Shown: piece after piece, positions 37,972 through 45,143 of the stretch
How the letters are laid out: every line of letters begins with the position of its first letter
How positions within the stretch are numbered: the first letter of the stretch is position 1
Source: Lama guanicoe
Lineage: Eukaryota
Reading direction: 5' to 3'
Assembly (NCBI GenBank): GCA_013239625.1
Contig: MU054187.1
Coordinates: 8,714,358-8,759,500 of the forward strand
Length of the DNA: 45,143 bases
Made by a program: the position numbers and the translations under genes
The notes under the pieces: model-generated
The model's input: only the letters and a program-made list of their open reading frames with translations
What the model was told of the DNA's origin: nothing
The model's database searches: none

Positions 37972-38181
37972 AGTTTGGGATTTGCAGATACTAATTAATA
38001 TATAAAAAATAAACAACAAGGTCCTACTGTATAGCACAGGAAACTATATTCAACACCTTGTAATGGCCTATAATGAAAAGAATATGAAAAGGAATATATA
38101 TATGTATGTATAATTGAATCACTATGCTGTACATCAGAAATTAATAATATAGTAAATTGACTATACTTCAATTTAAAAAAA
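37972..38181 (+). mobile_element. L1 3' UTR terminal fragment
   Basis: AGTTTGGGATTTGCAGATAC...AACAACAAGGTCCTACTGTATAGCACAGGAAACTATATTCAA...ACTATACTTCAATTTAAAAAAA. Confidence 0.9.
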
Positions 38182-40364
38182 TGCAACACTCTGCAGATCA
38201 AATGCCACAAGAGTGGAAGACAAATGTATGAGGAAATTCCAAGAAATAAAACTATACACACTGTGAAGAATCTCTTTAAAACAAGATATCTTACCTGGAT
38301 CTCATTTTTTCTCATCTTCTAGGCCAGGTGTTTAATAGGTACTCTTTTCTCTCATAGATAAAATCAAGATATCCTATGTATGAAAGGATGAAGGATTCAA
38401 CAATTCGGCCAAAGATAATTTTTAAGTGAAAACTAAATTTAAAATTCACATCACTCATCATACCATTGAGTACAACAGGTTTCCCAAAACATTAGTATTT
38501 TAAGGCAATTCTTAAGCAAGAGGCATTTCCACATGATTCTTAGTACAAGTTCTTTCCTGAAAATTACTTCATACTGGTCTTGTTTATATATATATATAAA
38601 AGAAAAGAAAAGCTGCCTAATTATAGGTTGCATCCATCCTTTTGAACAATAGGCTCTTTGCAGTTGCTATGCTGTAAGTCTCTTAGCTTAGGTTTACCTG
38701 CCCAGTTGAACTAGGCTGAGCCACTGAAGAGTTTTACCATCTGTAACTGCAGGAGCAGAAGGGGTTTAAAAGGCCTTTCTGTCTGCCTCTGGCAGAGGGC
38801 TTGACCTTTTTAGGAAATGTAGTCAGCTAAGAAAACACATGGTTGATTCCCTTAGCTGCTCAAAACTGACCAAAGAAAATTATAGAGAGCCCTCTTTTCA
38901 TTAGCTATCCTTTTTCTCAACCCTCTCCACTCTCTCTCCTTCTTTGAATATTTACCTCTGTTGACGGTGACTCTCCTTCCGTAGCTCTTCTCACTGCTTT
39001 GCTTCTGCTAAAGTACTTAGTGAAGGGCTATTGCTTTTCCTTCACAGAGAAAGACTCTCACATGTCATTAGAAGTAAGTGGCAGTTTGTTTTTTCAAAAG
39101 GTAGTACAGGAACCTCTGTAGACTGACTACGCCCAGTGGCGATAATCGTAAATTTGGACTTTCGCATGAATATTACACAGTGATGTCTTCCTTTTTCGTT
39201 GTTGTATTTGCCGTTATTTTGATGATGGCCTTTTAATCTTCTTTTCCAACTTCCATTGATGGTCTGTTTTCCCTCACTGTAAGTAGTGCTACTTCTAACT
39301 ATGAGCCATGGTTCCTGGAGCAGATGGGTGAGAAGAGAAATAATTTCCACCCTATAACTTGTTAGAAGAGCTCAGCGCCTTGCCAGTTGGCCAGGAGTTT
39401 CAGTCCTCAAATACAAAATATACAAGATTCTCAAAGGTTGGTCCTCTATGTGGTCTTATTTGAGTCTCTTGAAATCTTTACAGGGCCAGAAAATTATTCA
39501 TTGAATTCTTGACTAATGAAAATTGCAAGTTATGGCCAACACCCTATTGGTAGTCTCCTGCTGTCCTTCTGATGGAAATCCTTGTCGGAGCCAGCTGACA
39601 ATCGATCAGGTCCAGAAACCTGTGCTGCAGGACTGAGAAAAGAAAGACAAGACTAAAAGATGGGGTTGAGAGGGTCTCACTCTAAGCCCGCAAGACGCTA
39701 AGCCAAGAATGGACCTTGAGTTTATTTTCAGCAGTTAATTTATACAATTTCAACTAGCTACCTTGTGCATTCCTGCACGTAGGCATAGGTATTGTTTTAG
39801 GGCTCATTAACTTGTATATTGTTCTATAGATTAACATTGTTTATAGTACTCATACACTAAAGTTAATGTTCCCGCATACCAAGATCACTAACTAAGATAA
39901 TTATTCAAGTAAACTGAGATCACTAACTTGTATGCTGATTGTATTTCTCTGTTCTAAGGTCATCAGTGACTTAATAGCTCTGGATGTTCCTAGAGCTTTA
40001 GAACACCTGGTGCATTCTTCTTCAAAGGGGTGGCGGGACAGAGATTGTCTTTGCACTCCCCCAAAGCCCAGGCCAAAAAAAAAAAAAAAAACCATTTCTG
40101 TCCAACATATCCAAAGAAATCAAAGCCACTGGTGGACATTTTGCCTCAACGAACATAATTTTTTCTCACCATTTCAGGAAAGAGATGCTTTGCAATGATA
40201 CATAACCAGAGCTTTTAAGGAAATAGCAGAGCAAGGATGAGGAGGCATAAAAAATTAATTTAGGGTGCCAATACGTAAAATTTACAGTAGGATACTGACT
40301 CCTCTCTTCTGTGGATCAGAAGATAAATCAACACAAATCATCCCTGATGGGACAACTTAACAAT

Positions 40365-40540
40365 TTTATTTTATTTCATTCAATTCCATTGAACAAATAT
40401 TTACTGAATGTCTACTAAGTGCAAAACTGTTTGCAAGGCATTAAGAGAAAATAAAGATGCCTATACTCCCAAGTGTGGAAGAATGTTCCTAAGGAGGCAG
40501 ATGGAAATAATTGTACAAATAATGAGGATACAAAAGCAGT
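40365..40540 (-). mobile_element. L2 3' end
   Basis: TTCATTCAATTCCATTGAACAAATATTTACTGAATGTCTACTAAGTGCAAAACTG. Confidence 0.65.
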
Positions 40541-40717
40541 GTTATAAAAGTGGCTTACATATGTGCGCATCCGTATAAAATCTCTAAAAGACTGTTAATG
40601 CATTTTGTAATTTCCAATTTAGGTAGTTAGAGCCTCATTTTCCACCAAAACAATACAAAAGCCTAAGTTCCTGCAATTAGATTACAAATAGCTTTTGATT
40701 ATCTAGGGCCTGATTAA

Positions 40718-40850
40718 TAGAGTGCCTATATAATTTATCATCCAAACAAGGACACTTTGAGAGTGAAAAGTGATGCTATTAATAATTGTGCCAAGTCAGT
40801 AGGAATAAACTGGGATTGTCCCAAGCAAATAAGGACATATGGTCACCTTA
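40718..40850 (+). mobile_element. MER94 hAT-Blackjack MITE
   Basis: TATAATTTATCATCCAAACAAGGACACTTTGAGAGTGAAA...GCTATTAATAATT...GGACATATGGTCACCTTA matches MER94. 8-bp TSD CTGATTAA / TTGATTAC. Confidence 0.9.
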
Positions 40851-41037
40851 TTGATTACCTAATTTTAGTGTTACCAAGACAATATAGTTTTCCTTTTTCT
40901 GCTTCCTTCTGCTACCTGGCTCTGAAAACCAGTTTATTTTTTATTAGGCAGTATTCCACAAGAGACTAGTTCAGGAATACAATGAAACTGTGTCCCTCTG
41001 ATCCATCAGTTTTACACAAAATAAAGACCGGATGAGA

Positions 41038-41120
41038 AATCATTCAACAAACACTTATTGGACCAGATACTGTGTCAGGTGCTGGTGAAACAAAGATGTG
41101 AACAAGTAAATTCCTGTCCT
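41038..41120 (-). mobile_element. L2 3' end fragment
   Basis: TCATTCAACAAACACTTATTG...TGTGTCAGGTGCTGG...AAATTCCTGTCCT. Confidence 0.7.
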
Positions 41121-41875
41121 TTTTTTTTTTTTTTGCTTCAGCAGAATTGGAAAAGCTTATTTATACTCACAAACTTTTTAATATTTAAAAAAGTATTTAA
41201 AATTTTTTCATTTTAAGGTATTTTTAATTATTATAAAATATTTTTACAAATAACTTTCTAAAACTGAAGTACATATGGTAAGCTAAGGAAGAAAAGGGAC
41301 TGGTAAAATAATTCTGCAAATGACTTCAATTCAATTTTCCCTCTCACGAGCCATGATCAATTTCTCCAGAATAAGTCTTTCTACTTCCTGCCTTCTTTCT
41401 ACTTCTCCTTTATTCTTCTTCTCCAAGTACCGCATAGGAGATTACTGAGAGAGAAAGGAGCAAGCCAGGCAGTCAAGGTTACAATGGTGCTGTTTACGTT
41501 TGTGGGAGAGGAAGCAGCCCAGTGTCTTTGCCGTTGCATCTCAAATCCAAGTTTAAATGGCAAAACGTATGTAATGAGCTAAGTCAAACTGAAAAGAGGA
41601 ACAAAGATGGGTTCCGTAGGTAACCATTAAGGAGATTTTTAAAATTATGTGCATAAGTTAGAAGATGGTTCTCTAGGACGTTAGTCTGCCATCTTCTCAG
41701 GCTGCTGGCTTTCCAAATAAAATCACTACTCCTTACCCCACCCCCCAAAAATTATATACATGATAGGATGAAATTTAAAGAAGGAAAATATACCATCAAA
41801 AACAAACAGCAGAAAGACAGAGCTCCAGGGAGGCAACAAATCACAGGGGCAGAGGGGTACAAATAGAAAACAAAG

Positions 41876-42208
41876 CATGGGTGGCAAACTCAAATGCCTA
41901 CAGGAACGGGCAGGTGATGTGAATGAGCAAAGTGACTCAGGCACGAGATGGTCAGGAACACATTATGGAGTGGTGTGGACTGTGGCAAACTACAGAGCTG
42001 TGCTCTAGCTAAACATTGCAGCAGCTACTGAGCAACAGCCAGTTATGTGAAACTGTGGATCCAGCTTAGCCAGTCCTGCCAACTTTCAAGGAAAACTAGA
42101 AAACCATAATTTTTTAAAAATCTTTTTTGTTGAACATTGGCAATAAAAGCAAATGGAAAGCTCTATGAACCAAACTGGGTCTTCAGGGCTGCCAGTCTGA
42201 GACTCCTG
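41876..42208 (+). mobile_element. MER102(b)-like hAT-Charlie DNA transposon
   Basis: GTGGCAAACTCAAATGCCTACAGG...GGCAGGT...GGAGTGGTGTGGACTGTGGCAAACT...GCAGCTACT...GGGCTGCCAGTCTGAGACTCCTG. Confidence 0.88.
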
Positions 42209-42534
42209 CAAGAAAAGCTTTCACTGGCACATGGCTGCAGAAACACAAGGCTTTTTCTCCCGTAGCCAGAAGCATTCGCTTTTGCTTTACAACTGATCCT
42301 TTCAAGAGTGTTTGTGTGTATGTGTGGGTGTGATATGTAGGCTCTGAAATATTTTAGGCATATAAAAGAAGTGTTTACTGTGTATTTTTAATGTATTCAT
42401 GAACCACATGTGGAAAACTGCCACATTAACAATTAAAATCAAGTTGCATGGTACTTAAAAGAGAAATGCACGTCAAGGATTCAACAACTCCATGAATCTT
42501 TCTCCATTCTACTTCTGTGAACAAAGTCCATTTC

Positions 42535-42690
42535 TATTCATTCACTCATTCATTCAACAAACACGCACGGCCCACTTTGTGTATGAGGCTCTATTCTAGA
42601 TATTAAGAATATACTGAGATAGAAAAAACTGCCTGCTTTCATGGAACTTACATTCTGGTGGGGAAGAGAGATAATAATTAAACTGAAAAA
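42535..42690 (-). mobile_element. L2 3' end
   Basis: (TTCA)n, CAACAAA, CCTGCTTTCATGGAACTTACATTCTGGTGGGGAAGAGA. Confidence 0.8.
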
Positions 42691-43165
42691 GCAAATTGTA
42701 CCGTACGTATAGAGAAGGAATATAGGAAACACTGGTGTGTAGGTGGGACTCAGGTTGAGAAGTTTCAGTTCAAATGTAAAGAATGTCTGAAATGAAAATA
42801 TGACTTGCCTGGTGTTTCGCAACATCTTCAAATGCCAAATGCTAAAGAAATCATATCATAATTAATCGCCAACTTTGTTTCGAAAGTGTCAGACATAAAA
42901 TGTTTAGATCACTGGACAAATGAGGAAGTAAATTATTACGTGTATGATACAGGAATAAGAGTGCAAGGGCTTACTACCATCATTATATTATTGTTGTTAC
43001 AGTACAATACTCATTTAATTGTTTTTTAAAGTTGATAAAATACTGTTTTTAAAAAATTCAATCAGTACAGAAAAGTGTAAAGAAGAAAAGTGTAAAGAAA
43101 AAAATTGTCCAGATAGCATTAGTATTAGCTGAATTTCATCTCTGCATATACAAGATAGAAGAATA

Positions 43166-43209
43166 GATGGGTGACTGGATGGATGGGTGGATGGTTGGGT
43201 GGATGGATG
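43166..43209. repeat. Imperfect (GGAT/GGGT)n repeat
   Basis: GATGGGTGACTGGATGGATGGGTGGATGGTTGGGTGGATGGATG. Confidence 0.75.
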
Positions 43210-43238
43210 CGAACAATGGCTTTTAATAACGGATCAGT

Positions 43239-43415
43239 GGGGAGGGTATAGCTCAAGTAGTAGAGCACATGCTTAGCATTCATGAGGTCCTGGGTTCAAT
43301 CCCCAGTACTTCCTCTAAAAATACAGAAATAAATACACAAACAAACAAACAAACCTAATTCTCATCCCATTTCCCCCTCAAAATTATTTTAATTAAAAAA
43401 GCAAATAAAATAAGT
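43239..43415 (+). mobile_element. Vic-1-like camelid SINE with tRNA-Ala(AGC)-derived head
   Basis: GGGGAGGGTATAGCTCAAGTAGTAGAGCACATGCTTAGCATTCATGAGGTCCTGGGTTCAATCCCCAGTAC has an A box and a B box (GGTTCAATCC, 43293-43302) plus an A-rich tail. Approximate TSD TAATAACGGATCA / TAATAACTGGGATCA. Confidence 0.9.
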
Positions 43416-43439
43416 AATAATAACTGGGATCAAACTACA

Positions 43440-43680
43440 CATGCACAGAGTCACAGACCGTCTCTAGGGTTAAAATCTCGCCTCTACCACTTCCTAGGGA
43501 GTAAAGGTGGCTTACCCACAGTCACTGTCACACTGTCTCAGTGTCCTCATTTGACAATGAAGATCCTACTTACTCATGGTATTTTTTGCAGGTATTAAAG
43601 GACATAATCAGACACAGCGTTTAGAGCAGTACATGGAACATACTAAATGCTCAATAAACGTCAGCTGCTATCATTATTTG
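43440..43680 (+). mobile_element. MIR SINE
   Basis: GGGTTAAAATCTCGCCTCTACCACTTCCTAG...TCTCAGTGTCCTCATTTG...AAATGCTCAATAAACGTCAGCTGCTATCATTA. Confidence 0.85.
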
Positions 43681-44684
43681 CTTCATCAGCCCATTCATGA
43701 TTCTGGCTTGATCCTAAAATTACTTTCTCAATTCCGCTGTCTCCCTTTCCCTCTCATTCTGTTGTTTCTCTGTCATCTTTTAGCTATTCTTCTATAGCAC
43801 AGTGACTCAGGTTGTTCTAAGTGGGAAGTGCTCGTGAGGAGTTGCTTCTAGTTCCCTGGCTGGCTGCATCCCGTGATCACTCTGTCCTCTCCCCATTCCT
43901 CCTCCCCTCCCTTCCTCCTGGTACCCTCGCCTACTTGCCTCGCTCTCCTGTCTCACTTTGCTCAGGCTTAGCTGCTTGTCTCTGTATTCAGTTGACTCTG
44001 ACACAGCATGAGTGACTTCCCTTTGACGTGGCCTCTGTACCACTCCCGTGTTCTGTTCCGTTCCCTCACACCACTATTTCCATACTGAGTGTTGAGTGTT
44101 CTGTGTGTCATTTCATAGCCCGAGGAGGGCGTGGGAAGAAGAGGACAGCTGGACAGAGGCTGTGCTGTCCTGGCTGGGCTCCATGCTCTCTGCAATCCCT
44201 TCCTAGATTTCGGGAAATGGTCTGCAATACTTGGCTTCACTCTCCTCAGTCCGGGAAAGGGAGGGCTCTCTCCCTCCAGCGATGCTCTTGCACTCAGATT
44301 CTCTCCCCATTCAGGGTGCACCTGGGGATTTTCACCACCATCTGATTCTGCCATCATTTTTCACTGTCTCATTTTTCCAGGCCCTCCCCATGGTCGTTTC
44401 TCTAATACCTGCCCTCCCCAGAGTGTCTCAGCTTAGACAGCACTATACCTGCAAGATTCTCAGTTATACCTTAACTGGTCAAGGGCAACTTCACTTGCTT
44501 TCCTAGCAAATAGTGCCACCTTCTGCAAAGAATAGTCAGGCAAGAAAAAGGATGATTTGTCTTCCTTGTCAGTGAGAGAAAGCAAAATTCAGAAAGAAAC
44601 CAAATGCCCAATAATAGGGAATAGTTAACAATGAATGGAACATCCTCTCAATAGGATATATGGAACTATTAAGAATTATATTAG

Positions 44685-45143
44685 GGAACATATCTCAACA
44701 TAATAAAAGCTATATATGAAAAACCTACAGCCAGCGTAGTTCTCAACGGTGAAAAACTCAAAAGCTTCCCACTAAAATCTGGGACAAGACAAGGATGCCC
44801 ACTATCACCACTCCTATTCAACATAGTCCTGGAAGTCCTAGCCACAGCAATCAGGCAAGAGAAAGAAATAAAAGGGATCCAAATTGGAAAAGAAGAGGTA
44901 AAAGTGTCATTATATGCTGACGACATGTTACTATATATAGAAAACCCTAAAAGGTCCACACAAAAGCTACTAGAGCTGATTGAAGAATTCAGCAAGGTAG
45001 CAGGTTACAAAATTAATGTTCAAAAATCAGTTGCCTTTCTTTACACTAACGATAAATCAACAGAAAAAGAAAGTAAAGAAACAATCCCCTTTAAAATAGC
45101 ACCCAAAGTAATAAAATATCTGGGAATAAATCTAACCAAGGAG
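44685..45143 (+). mobile_element. Young 5'-truncated L1, ORF2 reverse-transcriptase domain (open frame, continues past the window)
   Basis: 153 uninterrupted codons: [16 protein letters not shown]...[21 protein letters not shown]...[10 protein letters not shown]...[13 protein letters not shown]...[10 protein letters not shown]. Contains the QGCPLSP and YADD RT motifs. Confidence 0.97.

Noticed and set aside
41120..41490. Poly(T)-tailed minus-strand retrocopy with short ORF MRYLEKKNKGEVERRQEVERLILEKLIMAREREN
   Set aside because: No TSD found, no canonical polyA signal, and the peptide is explained by purine-rich composition.
43239..43315. tRNA-Ala(AGC) gene
   Set aside because: It has an A-rich tail, TSD-like flanks, imperfect stems and a second copy at 30.6 kb, so it is a SINE head rather than a tRNA gene.
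43807..44506. Cluster of overlapping ORFs
   Set aside because: A GC-richer patch with few stop codons, partly L2-like; no recognisable protein or exon structure.
44681..44995. 104-aa minus-strand ORF
   Set aside because: Antisense shadow of L1 ORF2.

Overview
AT-rich mammalian genomic DNA, most likely camelid (alpaca/vicuna/camel). That inference rests on a tRNA-Ala-derived Vic-1-like SINE and on L1 3' ends I associate with camelids. The window reads as intronic or intergenic: I recognise no host protein-coding exon, and nearly all listed ORFs are chance ORFs or transposon shadows. It contains layered repeats: ancient MIR, L2, HAL1/L1ME, MER58A, MER94, MER102, MLT1, LTR16C and MER21, plus younger L1 3' ends, SINEs, an ERV1-like solo LTR and a 5'-truncated young L1 with an intact RT frame running off the right edge. 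Repeat family names come from recalled consensus sequences, not a database search. The unexplained signals are a ~136-nt concentric GC/CpG-rich hairpin at 13.4-13.5 kb, a three-hairpin cluster with a splice donor in a loop at 28.65 kb, homeobox/CArG-dense enhancer-like blocks, and a few candidate (micro)exons. I found no convincing new biological system.
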